Shown: positions 39,301-49,900, numbered from the stretch's first letter. The stretch is 64,000 nucleotides of DNA from Octopus sinensis (GCF_006345805.1 NC_042997.1:115134001-115198000); one strand, 5' to 3'. The notes: generated by a model from the letters alone, not told the origin. Numbers and translations: made by a program.

Positions 39301-39572
39301 TTTAAATTAATTTCATATAGCTAATCAGTCATATTTTTTTCTTCATTAACGAACTTAAATATTTCATCTTCGTCAAATCAAAATACCAATATTTACCAAT
39401 TTTTTCTTTTTTCTTTCTTTTTGATATTTTCTAGTATACCATAAATGGAAAAAAAGTTGAAATAGCCATCAGTAAAATCATAAGCGGCCAAAATGTGTCA
39501 CAACGCGGCGCTTTATCAAATCCAGAATCCTTGGATCTTTACAGCAACATTAAAGTCTTGCAGAATTATTGA
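2561..39572 (+). CDS. AACS: Acetoacetyl-CoA synthetase, 5'-partial; join(2561-2674,4340-4437,6056-6170,12250-12325,18556-18712,20195-20275,21354-21478,22849-22913,26873-26995,28940-29053,31018-31143,33658-33727,36757-36815,38050-38255,39435-39572)
   Basis: 15 exons with AG acceptors and GT donors (one GC) splice into one open frame with matching phases. It contains the AMP-binding signature [41 protein letters not shown] and [10 protein letters not shown], which are recognisable AACS motifs. N-terminal exons were not found in 1-2560. Confidence 0.96.
3843..4249. repeat. 14-bp minisatellite (GGTCTTGGTTGTAC) x29
   Basis: 407 bp = 29 units + 1 nt, counted by eye. Confidence 0.9.
4340..4437 (+). 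CDS. AACS: AACS exon ([33 protein letters not shown]), GC donor
   Basis: ctgcag acceptor; GAG|GCAAGA donor gives phase 0, matching the next exon GVLERF. Confidence 0.92.
6056..6170 (+). CDS. AACS: AACS exon ([38 protein letters not shown])
   Basis: polypyrimidine tract + tatag acceptor, gtagga donor. Confidence 0.95.
6211..6550 (+). mobile_element. Helentron/HINE (DINE-1-like) non-autonomous element; second copy ~45041-45386 (-)
   Basis: ACCTCCACCTT...AAGGCGGAGGT hairpin, GTTT microsatellite, GATTTGGATGAAACTT core, CCTTGGTGGA-GTTTGC-CTCTCTGAGTGCT end. Confidence 0.62.
6805..6922. repeat. (ATT)n microsatellite
   Basis: direct. Confidence 0.95.
8314..8971. mobile_element. Tc1/mariner-type MITE with long TIRs, interrupted by a family A SINE
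   Basis: CAGGGTG(CA/TG)GCAGAAAGGTT...CCCAATTTCAAAGGTTAATA at both ends in inverted orientation; TA at the right flank. Confidence 0.65.
8417..8832 (-). mobile_element. tRNA-derived SINE family A with CORE-like segment (also ~5355-6002, 15977-16398, 20657-21050, 29157-29515 +, 46735-47110 +, 56543-56750, 61342-61728, 62423-62660)
   Basis: Head AGGCGCAGGAGTGGCTGTGTGGTAAG...GGGTTCAGTCCC, CCTTGGGCAAGTGTCTT segment, internal (TA/CA)n, AAAAGAGT tail; many dispersed copies. Confidence 0.85.
9045..9162 (+). rRNA. Full-length 5S rRNA-like copy, probably a pseudogene
   Basis: 118 nt with 5S hallmarks (TTCTCGTCCGATCACC-AAGTTAAGC, GTTAGTACTT-GATGGGTGACC-CTTGGGAA, GGTGCTGT). Helices GTTTA/TAAAC, ACTTTG/CAAAGT and CCTAG/CTAGG are intact. 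Apparent CpG decay and no T-run terminator. Confidence 0.8.
9175..9510 (+). mobile_element. tRNA-derived SINE family D with CORE-like centre (also ~33810-33990, 31585-31710, 40780-40945 -)
   Basis: A box TGGCTCAGTGG, B box GAGCTCGAATCC, TGTGTTCTTGAGCAAGACACTT segment. Confidence 0.75.
10850..11100. repeat. (CTCTCACTCACACG)-type CA/CT tandem repeat
   Basis: direct; explains ORFs 10765-11364 and 10785-11159. Confidence 0.9.
12250..12325 (+). CDS. AACS: AACS exon ([25 protein letters not shown])
   Basis: ttttag acceptor, gtatgc donor, phase 1/2. Confidence 0.9.
14338..14725 (-). repeat. Representative of >30 short 3'-end copies of the RTE-type LINE (tail ...GCATGGAAAGCGGACGTTAAAC(GAT)n)
   Basis: Same sequence as the 3' UTR of the LINE at 47762-48250; dispersed in both orientations throughout the window. 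Confidence 0.85.
16399..16690. repeat. Compound (TA)n-(TCA)n higher-order microsatellite
   Basis: repeated TATATA..TCCTCATCATCATC blocks. Confidence 0.9.
18556..18712 (+). CDS. AACS: AACS exon with AMP-binding motif (CLIEDFLQ...[23 protein letters not shown])
   Basis: ctccag acceptor, gtaagc donor, phase 2/0. Confidence 0.96.
18750..18978. mobile_element. Degenerate piggyBac-like MITE
   Basis: Eroded (TTAA)CCCTTTAGCATT-type ends; a related TTAACCCTTT end at 42439 and TTAACTCTTTAGCATTT at ~51632. Confidence 0.4.
19503..19649 (-). mobile_element. R4/Dong-type LINE fragment (zinc-knuckle region)
   Basis: [35 protein letters not shown], resembling the HxxxxC...RHDNVA..IHW motif upstream of the endonuclease. 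Confidence 0.7.
19651..20133 (-). mobile_element. R4/Dong-type LINE 3' fragment (restriction-like endonuclease domain)
   Basis: [40 protein letters not shown]: PD-D-EK endonuclease motif; 5' side abuts (ATT)n. Confidence 0.82.
20195..20275 (+). CDS. AACS: AACS exon ([27 protein letters not shown])
   Basis: ttttag acceptor, gtaagt donor. Confidence 0.95.
21354..21478 (+). CDS. AACS: AACS exon ([42 protein letters not shown])
   Basis: ctttag acceptor, gtaagt donor. Confidence 0.96.
22849..22913 (+). CDS. AACS: AACS exon ([21 protein letters not shown])
   Basis: tttcag acceptor, gtaaga donor. Confidence 0.95.
24230..25227 (-). pseudogene. Tc1 transposase pseudogene
   Basis: HTH region, [37 protein letters not shown] with 34 residues between the second D and the E. 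In-frame stops at 24991 and 24646, one at the QDN motif, and one frameshift near 24560. Confidence 0.92.
25387..25401. promoter_or_regulatory. Overlapping ETS-CRE motif CCGGAAGTGACGTCA upstream of the Tc1 transposase
   Basis: Exact match to the known composite ETS/CRE element; 160 bp upstream of the transposase ATG. Confidence 0.55.
26873..26995 (+). CDS. AACS: AACS exon ([40 protein letters not shown])
   Basis: ttccag acceptor, gtaagc donor. Confidence 0.96.
28940..29053 (+). CDS. AACS: AACS exon ([38 protein letters not shown])
   Basis: tttcag acceptor, gtaaat donor. Confidence 0.96.
29584..29629 (-). ncRNA. Minimal type I hammerhead ribozyme motif (best-preserved copy)
   Basis: GACAU CUGAUGA A GGCUG-GAGGGUAUAU-CAGCU GAAA CGUU AUGUU: intact core, 5-bp stem I, 5-bp stem II, palindromic ACGU stem III, GUU cleavage triplet. 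Confidence 0.72.
29698..30262 (-). mobile_element. Two tandem R4/Dong 3' fragments (29698-30023, 30043-30261)
   Basis: [10 protein letters not shown]...[11 protein letters not shown] plus a shared 3' UTR; each bounded by (ATT)n. Confidence 0.78.
31018..31143 (+). CDS. AACS: AACS exon ([42 protein letters not shown])
   Basis: tttcag acceptor, gtaaac donor. Confidence 0.96.
33658..33727 (+). CDS. AACS: AACS exon ([23 protein letters not shown])
   Basis: cttcag acceptor, gtgaat donor. Confidence 0.95.
34255..34485 (+). mobile_element. tRNA-derived SINE family B (GCCTTTCATCCTTTCGGGGTCGATAAATTAAGTACCAG core); tandem arrays at ~43855-44390, 46320-46730, 58790-59080
   Basis: A box GAGCTGGCAGAA, B box GAGTTCAAATTCC; many dispersed and tandem copies. 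Confidence 0.85.
35563..35824 (+). mobile_element. tRNA-headed element carrying a hammerhead-ribozyme motif (representative full copy; others at 25977-26260 +, ~25782-25972 -, ~30420-30645 -, partials at ~28490, ~29545, ~30655-30832, ~35425, ~53755, ~53980)
   Basis: A box TGGCATAGTGG (35569-79), B box GAGTCCGATTCC (35612-23), (AAT)n, then GACAC-CTGATGA-A-stem II-GAAACGTT-stem I. Confidence 0.8.
36193..36485 (-). mobile_element. hAT transposon 3' remnant
   Basis: [31 protein letters not shown] resembles the hAT transposase C-terminus; CAGGGCTGGATT terminus at 36193. Confidence 0.55.
36757..36815 (+). CDS. AACS: AACS exon ([20 protein letters not shown])
   Basis: ttgcag acceptor, gtaagt donor. 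Confidence 0.96.
37540..37947 (-). mobile_element. R4/Dong 3' fragment
   Basis: [27 protein letters not shown]...[12 protein letters not shown]; (ATT)n on both sides. Confidence 0.82.
38050..38255 (+). CDS. AACS: AACS exon ([15 protein letters not shown]...[17 protein letters not shown])
   Basis: ttgtag acceptor, gtaagt donor; lies inside ORF 38013-38270. Confidence 0.95.
39435..39572 (+). CDS. AACS: AACS terminal coding exon ([19 protein letters not shown]...[12 protein letters not shown])
   Basis: ttctag acceptor, TGA at 39570-39572, catalytic GK lysine motif. Confidence 0.95.
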   Translation, partial: YTINGKKVEIAISKIISGQNVSQRGALSNPESLDLYSNIKVLQNY

Positions 39573-40382
39573 CCAGTTAAAAAGTGAACCTGATCTCGTC
39601 TCTGAATCCTGAGAAAATAATTCAGCCTAGAATACTTGCCACTTACCCAAAAAGTGATCTTTATATTTTTGGTGATAATTATCAGGGATGTCTTTGTATA
39701 TAGTGATGTATTTATCGAGAAAATTTGAATTTTTGTTGTTTTTTTTTATATTGTATTTTCCCAGATTGTTACTGATGTAAAAGCGATTAATTTTTTTCTT
39801 AATTAATCCTGCTAGTTTCCCCACTTTGATCTCTCCAATTCCATAAGAAGAGGAGGCAAGAGACAACTTATTACTACAAACTACTGGAACGATTGATTTT
39901 ATTTTTTTTTCCTTCCATGTTTCCCTCTATTGCAGAAATTTTTCTATCAGGCCCGAATACACTTGAAAAATACCATAAATTACTATTTTTATAAACATTG
40001 CCCCCCCCCCAACACTCTCCAAATACTACTGCTTTTACCAGCTTTACTAAAAAGTGTTAAAGCCATTTTAAACATTGTAAAATTGGTTCCCACAAAGTAT
40101 TTTGTACACCTTGTTTTTGTCCAGTCATTTCATCAGGCATTTGTTTCCAAATGGAAATGATTTTTATGATGAACTCCAAAAATCCTATTTATGGACCTCA
40201 GGGACCCATTCACAGGGCTGGTACTTAACTTGAATTTATCTAACATCAAAACAGATAAGAAATATCTTCCTCTATAAGATTCATTAGTCTATTACAAGAA
40301 ACTTACCCAACAATGAGTTGAACTCGGCAGAGCAACCTACAAGCATCCAGTCTTTATGTGCTAGTAACCTAATCATCTAATA

Positions 40383-40562
40383 CAGCAGTTCTCAACCGCA
40401 GCCCCGGGGCCACATGCATCCTTCCTGCAAACTCTGACGGTCTTCTGTCTTTAAATATAATAAACCTTTCTTTGACTTGTTTTACCTTTTTTGGTGTGGC
40501 CCCCTAAAACAATCCAGGATTTGGATCTGGCCCCTGATATAAAAAAAGGTTGAGAACCACTG
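40383..40562. mobile_element. hAT-type MITE, 180 bp
   Basis: TIRs CAGCAGTTCTCAACC / GGTTGAGAACCACTG; 8-bp TSD ATCTAATA / ATCTGATA (7/8). Confidence 0.8.
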
Positions 40563-43000
40563 ATCTGATATCTTGACCAACTGGGTCATTGAAAGTTACA
40601 TGTAACTGGCGATAGACACAATATGCCTGTTACCATAAGCATGGTACTCACTGCTTACCCTTTGGTTGGTTGTCGTCAGCCTCTGAGTTATTAAAGGTGA
40701 GGTGAAAAATGTATGAAATGCTCAACCATGAAAATATACTAGAAAAAAATATGCCATGGATACATGCCACAGAATGTGACAAGGCCGGCCCTTTGAAATA
40801 CAGGTACTATTCATTGTTGCCAGCTGAGTGGACTGGAGCAACGTGAAATAAAGTGTCTTGCTCAAGGACACAAACAGACTGCTAGGAATCGAACTCACAA
40901 CCTCATGATCTTGAACTGAGTACTCTAACCATTAAGCCATACATCTTCTCGATTTTATTTATAAATGTGTAAGCAAAATAAATTAGTGAAGGGGAAACCA
41001 AGCTGAAAATAAAACAAACAGGCAAGATGTGGTCCTGTCTAGGAGGGCAATAATTCTGAATAAGGACTGACTCAGACTATGACAACCCATCTAACCCATG
41101 CCATCATGGAAAGCAGACATAATGATGAGGAAGCAGAAGAGGAAATCCTCAAGCCATTTGAACATGGCTTTGTATTGAGTCATTAGGCTGTGGCATAAAA
41201 TTCCTTGTAGTATTAGTTTAAACTCTCAACACTTTGAGTTCAAATCCTGGGTTGGTGGAACTTGTGAGAAAATCAAACCAGATGCCTTGCAGTTTTGTTT
41301 CCTGGTTCTTTGCATTCTAATTTCAAATCCCACCATGGCCTACCCTTGGGTGGGTAAATTCAACCCATCGGTTTGGTTTCAAACCACCACCTGGCCCTTT
41401 AATTGTTCTCTTTTGCTTATAAAGTTAATCCTGTAACATTGGTGGGGAAAATATTTTGAATCTCACTTGAAAATCTATTTCTTAGAATATTTTAATATTC
41501 AGATACATCTGTACACATCTAAATAAAGATTTTCATAAAACAGTTGATTGTTGTTGTTGTTTGTATTATTAACACCATTCTTTTGTTAAGGTTATTAATA
41601 GTTATTGCCAATCTAACATGGCAGTCCAGAAAAATAGGACGAAGGCTGCAGTTGATTAGCTCCAAGAGGCCATCGCCTCTAGCTAGCTATGTGACGCCTG
41701 CTGGTTCACAAGTCCTCAGTCAAATTGTCCAACCCATGCTAGCATGGAAAGTAGATGTTAAACGATGATGATGATGTTTTCTAACCGGATGATTTGTTGT
41801 CAGGCATTTTGACCAACAGAGAATAATAATCACAAAACCCAATATAAAGTAAAAGTTTTAAATAGTTTATTATTGTAAACACAAGTGTTTTCAATGTTTA
41901 GGCAATATAAACTGATTGTGTTACATAACATATATACACCTCCTTGAAAAAATATCTGCTTATAATTGTAATTACTGGTAGTTGAAAATGAGATCAATAC
42001 TTTTAAACAAAAGAAAAAAACAGCCAACAAAATGGAGAACTGAAAAAAAATACAGCTTTTTTCCAAATAATTTCAATAACGAATCAACTACAGTGAACAA
42101 ACATATTTTCTTCTATTCGGAGTAACTTTTCTTCAACAGATTTTTCCTATCTCTCTAGTTTCCTTATATTTTAATACTTAATGACTTGCATGTTTATTTG
42201 TAATAAATTCTGAAACAGTCAAACAAAAAATATGTTAATTGCTGTTGTGTTCGTCACAAGAGCTTTTTTGTGACGAATCTATGTTCATAACACTTTCTGT
42301 TCATTAGCAGAATAGATTCTGAGACACTTATGTTTCGACATATTGCGTCTCGTCAGGCAGAAACATTCAAACAGATGAATTTAATAAGCCTACGGCCTTA
42401 TAATTTCAGCAAAAGAAATTGCTCACCATTCTACTAATTTAACCCTTTCGTTACCAACCCGGCTACAACCATCTCAGGCTCTATAGTACAAATGTCTTGT
42501 TTTTATAAGTTTTGAATTAAAATCTTCCACCAAACCTTAGTTACAATTTATGTTCCTAACACTAGCTGAATGATAACTAAGTTATTTTATTAAATTCTTT
42601 GTTATATCTAAAGTAATTGGAAGAAACACAGAGCATCTAAAAAGAAATACAGAAACTTCTGAAACACAAGATTAAAATACTCAGCAGCATTAGGGGCATT
42701 TACACTTTGCTACATTCCAAACTTAAATGCACTTAGTACCAAGTCTTAAATTAATGCTATTTAATCTAAATGCTTACAACAAATTTGTAAAAAAAAAAAC
42801 CTTTTGAAACAGAAAGAAATAACATTCTCCAAGAGGTGTAACATGAAATAAAAGTCTTGTTTTACACATTTTGTTTGTTTTTCTCTAAAAAGAAATATAA
42901 AGAGGAATGATGTTTATTGATATGGAAATATATTAATCATGTATATGAATAGTATTTCAGAAAAAAAAAAAGTAATAATGATTAAAACAACTGGGACCTG

Positions 43001-43329
43001 TTATAGTTCATCTTGGAATTTTACATGGAAGGAATTAAGAATGTTTAATCTATCACTAAGCTGTTCCTTCTTTTTGTCACTTACTTTTCCGTCTTTTAAT
43101 TTCTCTACTCGTTTCATTTCTGATGCCAAGAAATCGTCCTTTTCCATTATTTTTTTCATTGTTTTTACATAGATTGTAGCGTAGGATTTCTGCACATCAT
43201 TTCTATACTTATTTTTAATTTCTTCAGCTTCGGCAAGAATTGCTTGTCTCTCTTCAGATGAAGCACGGGCAAATTTCTTCACAAGAACATCATAGTCTTC
43301 TAAACAGCCTGGCATTCCTAGCCAGAGAT
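43001..43329 (-). CDS. ERP29: ERP29 exon 4 ([13 protein letters not shown]...[14 protein letters not shown])
   Basis: tttcag acceptor; ORF 43001-43315; ends QDEL-TAA; AATAAA on - at 42913-42918. Confidence 0.96.
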
Positions 43330-46300
43330 CTGAAATTTATTAAAGAAAAAGAAACAATAATTAAAAAATAACAAGAAACAATAATTAAAAAAACATGGAT
43401 GGACAATAACAAGAGCTGGTTGGACAAGAGTGGTGCGGTAGTGGGAGAATTCCTGCTTAAACAGGAAAACTTTTGTTGCAGTGCCCTCAATGCACTGTAG
43501 GCATGTGATACACGACAACAACGAATCATTATCATCATTTAACATCCTTTTTTCCATGCTGGCATGGGTTAGACAGTTGAAAAGGAACTGATGAGCCAGA
43601 GGGCTATATTGAGCTCTAATACTTGGTTTGGTATGGTTTCTACAGATGGATGCAGTTCCTAACACTAATCACTTTACAACGTACTGAATGCATTATTTTT
43701 TTTGTGTGGTAACAGCACTAGTGTGGTTACCAAGACAGCCTGGACTGAGATGGGTACAGTACTGAGTGATGTGAAAGTATGATAGAGGGACAAGAACAGG
43801 TGTCTTTTCTACTCTGGGCACAAACCCCGAATTTTGGGGGGAGGGGGGCAGTCGATTAGATTGACCCCAGTATGCAACTGGTACTTAATTTATCAGCTCC
43901 AAAAGGATGAAAGGCAAAGTTGACCTCAGCGGAATTTGAACTCAGAACGTAAAGACAGACGAAATACCTATTTCTTTACTACCCACAAGGGGCTAAGAGA
44001 GGACAAACAAGGACGGACAAACAGATAAAGTCGATTATATCGACCCCAGTGCGTAACTGGTACTTATTTAATTGACCCTGAAAGGATGAAAGGCAAAGTC
44101 GACCTCAGTGGAATTTGAACTCAAAACGTAAAGACAGACGAAATACCTATTTCTATTTCTTTACTACCCACAAGGGGCTAAACATAGAGGGGACAAACAA
44201 GGACAGACAAAGGGATTAAGTCGATTATATCGACCCCAGTGCATAACTGGTACTTATTTAATCAACCCCGAAAGAATGAAAGGTAAAGTCGACCTTGGCA
44301 GAATTTGAACTCAGAACATAGCGGCAGACGAAATACGGCTAAGTATTTCGCCCGGCGTGCTAACATTTCTGCCAGCTCGCCACCTTACAAAAACAGGTGT
44401 CTCGCTGAAGAGGTGAATACATCATGACTACCCAAGCTAGAATGAGAGAGAAAGATGGAGGCTAAAGTAAAAAAGCTTCTTACAAACCTGTATTTTTCAT
44501 AACAAATCTTTTTATTGCTGCAGAATCTTTCACGTTTCCTGTATAAGCGATTGGTTCTTTCTTATCCTGCAGAAACAGTTTATAAACAGGGAAATCTTCT
44601 TTTTTGACATTAAACCGGGTAGCAAGGTCCATATTTTCTTGTTCACCATAATCTATAAGAGAGATAAAAAAATAAATTAAAATAGTATTTTCCAGAAACT
44701 GTTAATAAAATAAAATATATTAAAGACAATGATGAAAAGAACAAACATGATAAACTAGAATAACCAATTGATAACAACACATTTCTCTGAAATCGTTGAT
44801 TATTTTCTTTCTTCTGTTTGTAAAGAGGAATCTTTCCCAAAATAAGGGATTATTATACACTAATCCTTCAACTATCACAGGTGTTACATTCCAAAACCAC
44901 ACCCGCGATAGGTGAAAATCTGCAAAGTAGAAACAGTACTATACTGTATATTTTTTTTGTTATTTTTATAATTTGTACATATCTATTTTGTTATAAAAGT
45001 GGAGGCACAATGGCCCAGTGGTTAGGGTAGCGGACTCGCAAACCTCCTCCAAGGCAACACCAACGTCCTTTCAATGATTAGCCAGAGATGATTTTTAAAA
45101 TGAGAATATCTGAAATAAGCTCAACTGCTCTCACAAACAAGAATGCTAAAAATGAACTTAACCACTCTCAAAGATTCAGTGAAAAAACAGGAAAAATAAT
45201 CCAGAATCCTTGTCCGGTACCAGATCGATCCCAAAATCTAATCAGTTTGTGCCAGTCACAAGGCCAAACATCCTTAAAAGTTTCATCAGAATCCATCCAG
45301 CAGTTCTTGAGATATTTGTCCATGGACATACAAACAAACAAACACGACTGAAAACAATACCTCCCCCTATGCTAAGGTGGAGGTTAATAATAACCTTAAT
45401 ACTTACCAGCAATTTGAACTTCAGCAATTAGTAATTCTGGTTGTACGTAAGATGACTGAGCAACCTTTTTAAACTGCTCTTGTTTTTCACCATAAGGATA
45501 AGTTTCATCAAATTTCACCAAAACTGCTTTGTGTTTACTGATAACCTGAAATAATCAATAAATATTTGAAAAAAAATACCAGGAATTTAGATTATCAGTT
45601 TTTAACAGGCAACCAATAATACATATTTTAGTTGAAAGTTTGACCATGGATCTTTCAGGAAACCCAAGTAGCAAACATAATCATGATCATGATCATTGTT
45701 TAACGTCCGCTTTCCATGCTAGCATGGGTTGGACGAATGATTGAGGGCTGGCAAACCAGATGGCTGCACCAGGCTTCAATCTTGATCTGGCAGAGTTTCT
45801 ACAGCTGGATGCCCTTCCTAACGCCAACCACTCTGAGAGTGTAGTGGGTGCTTTTACGTGCCACCGGCACGGGGCCAGTCAGGCGGTACTGGCAATGACC
45901 TCGCTCGAATATTTTTACACATGCCACCAGCACAGGTGCCAGTAAGGCAATGCTGGTAACAATCACGCTCGAATGGTGTCTTTTATGTGCCACCGGCACA
46001 GAGGCCAGATAGCCACTCTGGCAACAATCACTCTCGGATGGAGCTCTTAATACCCTACAAGCACGGGGATCAAGTGCCAGTAAGGCGACGCTGATAATCT
46101 GTATTAACAAGTGCTTCAAAAAAAAATCATTTTATCTTTTATTTGTTTCAATCAGATTGTGGCCATGCTGGGGCATTGACTCAAAGAATTTTTGGGCGAA
46201 TGAATTGACCCCAATACTTATGTTTTTTAAAAGCCTGGTATCAATTCTATTGAGTTCTTTTTTCTTTTTTGCCAAACTGCTAAGTTATGGGGATGTAAAC

Positions 46301-46867
46301 ACACCAACACCAATCCTAAGAAATGCTAGCAGAAATGTTAGCATGCCAGGAAAAATGCTTAGCAGTATTTTGTCTGCCGTTACGTTGTGAGTTCAAATTC
46401 CGCCGAAGTCAACTTTGTCTTTCATCCTTTCAGGGTTGATAAATTAAGTACCAGTCACACACTGGGGTTGATGCAATCGACTTAATCCGTTTGTCTGTCC
46501 TTGTTTGTCCCCTCTATGTTTAGCCCCCTGTGGGCAATAAAGAAATAGGTATTTTGTCTGTCTTAATGTTCTGAGTTCAAATTCCGCCAAGGTCAACTTT
46601 GCCTTTCATCCTTTTGGGCTCAATAAATTAAGTACCAGTTATGCCCTGGGGTCGATGTAATCGACTTAATCCCTTTGTCCTTGTTTGTCCCATCTGTTTA
46701 GCCCCTTGTGGGCAATAAAGAAATAAAAAGCTTTCTTTTCAACCACATGGTTGCAGGTTCAGTCCCACTGCATGGCATCTTTGGCAAGTGTCTTCTACAA
46801 TAACTTCAGTCTGACCAATGCCTTGTGATTGGATTTGGTAGATGGAAACTGAAAGAAGCTCATTCTG

Positions 46868-46921
<54 letters not shown>

Positions 46922-49900
46922 TTTGTTCATCTCCTGCTACCACTTAAAAACTGGTGTTGGTGTGTTTACAACCTCATGACTTAGTGGTTCAGCAAAAGAG
47001 ACCGATACAATAACTACTAGGATTAAAAAATAAGTACTGGGGTCAATTCATTTGACTAAGAATTCCTCAAGGCAGTGCCCCAGCATGGCCACACCGTCTA
47101 ATGACTGAAGCAAGTAAAAGACAATTTAATATACACAGTATTTAAATAAAACCTAACAGTTTCATGCTGTGGAAACACAAGGATTTGGCAGATTTATATA
47201 ATATGCCTTGTGCCTCCTAGCAACCTTCAAGCTTGGTGCACATGGATAATTCTATTTGGAAACCTGGATGCTGGCCCATAAGAAAACTGGTACTGCTACA
47301 ATTAAGAGACTTTATTGTGACGTAAACGTGCTACAGTCAGGTGTGTGGTATGCACAACATCCATAAGTGTATGTAATGTGTTATGCAGCTCTCAACTCAT
47401 CAGGATTTACCAAATATAGAAGTGAACAGTGACTTGTTGGTGAATCAACAGGTCATCAGAAAGTGAAATTTTGAATTGGAATTACCAGTAATTAAGTAAC
47501 AAAAAGTGGGTGGGACTACAATTAGTCAAACAAGAGAGCAGATAGTAGAATAAAGCTGTAAATTATGGAACTGAGAAAAGACATGGCTAATCTAAAGAGG
47601 TCATTCAAATTAGTAACATTACGCACTGCATGACACTTAGTAACATTATCTCACTGCATGACACCCAAGGCAAAGTATCTTGTGTAACATCAGACCACCC
47701 AATGCTTCATGAGTGGAATTGGTAAACAGAAACTGTACTTAGGCCTGTTACATATATACATATCATCATCATCATCGTTTAACGTCCGCTTTCCATGCTA
47801 GCATGGGTTGGATGGATTGACTGAGGGCTAGAAAACCAGATGGCTGCACCAGGCTCCAGTCTTGATCTGGCAGAGTTTCTACAGCTGGATGCCCTTCCTA
47901 ACGCCAACCACTCCGAGAGTGTGGTGGGTGCTTTTTACGTGCCACTGGCACAGGGGCCAGTCAGGCGGTACTAGCAATGACGTTGCTCGAATCTTTTTAC
48001 ACATGCCAGTGAAGCAACGTTGGTAACGATCATGCTCAAATGGTGCCCTTTTACGTGCCACAGGTACGGAAGCCAGCTGGCTGTTCTAGCAACGATCACA
48101 CTCGGATGGTGCTCTTGGCACCCTACTAGCACAGGCATAAGTGCCAGTAAGGCAACGCTGGTAATGATCACACTCGAATAGCCGCTCTGTCAATGATCAC
48201 ACTCATATGGTGCTCTTTGCACCCCACTAGCACAGATGCCAGTCATCGAATTGATTTTGATTTTGATTTCACTTGCCTCAACAGGTCTTTGCAAGCAGAG
48301 TTTAGTGACCAAAGAAGGAAAAGGTATGCATAAGTGGGCTGGTTATGCTCCTGGCATAGGCCACAGGTTATGGTCTCATCTGGCTTGCCGGGTCTTCTCA
48401 AGCACAGCATATTTCCAAAAGTCTCGGTCGCTAGTCATTTCCTTGGTGAGGCCTAATGTTCAAAGGTCGTGCTTCACCACTTCATTCTAGGTCTTCCTGG
48501 GTCTACCTCTTCCACAGCTAGGGTGTGGCACTTTTTCACACAGCTATCCTCATCCATTCGCACCACATGACCATACCAGCACAGTCGTCTCTCATGCACA
48601 CCACATTTAATGCTTCTTAGGTCCAACTTTTCTCTCAAGGTACTTACACTCTGTCGAGTATGCACACTGACATTACACATCCATCAGATCATACTGGCTT
48701 CATTCCTTGCAAGCTTACGCATGTCATCAGCAGTCACAGCCCATGTTTCACTGCCGTGTAGCATGGTTGTTCATACACATGCATCATACAGTCTACCTTT
48801 TACTCTGAGCGAGAGACCCTTTGTCACCAGAAGAGGTAAGGGCTCTCTGAACTTTGCCCAAGCTATTTTTATTCTAGCAGCTACACTTTCAGTGTACCCT
48901 CCTCCGCTACTGACTTGGTCACCTAGGTAGCGGAAGCTATCAACTACTTCTAGTTTTTCTCCCAGGAATGTGGTGGAAGTTGGTCTCTGCACATTTTCAG
49001 TGTTTATCGCTCCCGAGCATCTGCCACATACAAAAACTATCTTCCCAGTTAGCCTTCTTTTGATATTACTGCACCTCTTATGTGTCCATAGCTTACACTG
49101 GGTACATCTTATAGAGTTTCTACCTATGCCTCTACTACAGATCGAGCAGGGCCATCTACCTGAAGGGATTTGTGGTTTGCCTGCCTTCCTACTTATTAGG
49201 ACTTTGGTTTTAGCTAGGTTGATTCTAAGGCCCTTCGATTCTAATCCTTGTTTCCACACTTGAAACTTCTGCTCTAGTTCTGATAGTGACTCAGCGATTA
49301 GAGCAAGGTCATCAGCGTAGAGGAGCTCCCAGGGGCATCCTGTCTTGAATTCCTCCGTTATTGCCTGGAGGACTGATAAATAGGAGGGGGCTGAGGACTG
49401 AACCCTGGTGGACCCCAACCTCTACCTTGAATTCTTCAGTGTACTCGTTGCCAACCCTTACCTTACTTACAGCGTCCCTGTACATGGCTTGCACAGCTCT
49501 CACTAACCATTCATCTATCCCTAGTTTCCTCATTGACCACCAGATAAGGGATTGGGGGACCCTGTCAAAGGCTTTCTCCATGTCAACGAAAGCCAGGTAC
49601 AGGGGCTTATCTTTGGCTAGGTATTTCGCCTGCAGCTGTCTTGCCAGAAATATGGCATCAGTGGTGCTTTTCCCTGGCACGAAACCAAACTGCATCTCAT
49701 CCAAGTTGACTCTCTCCCTAATCAGTTGGGTTATGACTCTCTCCGTAACCTTCATTACCTGATCCAACAGCTTGATACCTCTGCAATTAGTTGTATCTAG
49801 GGCGTCACCTTTACCTTTGTAGCAGTTGACTATTATGCTGCTACACCAGTCATTGGGTATGACTCCGTGTATCACCTGGTTAACTATACGGGTGACTAGG

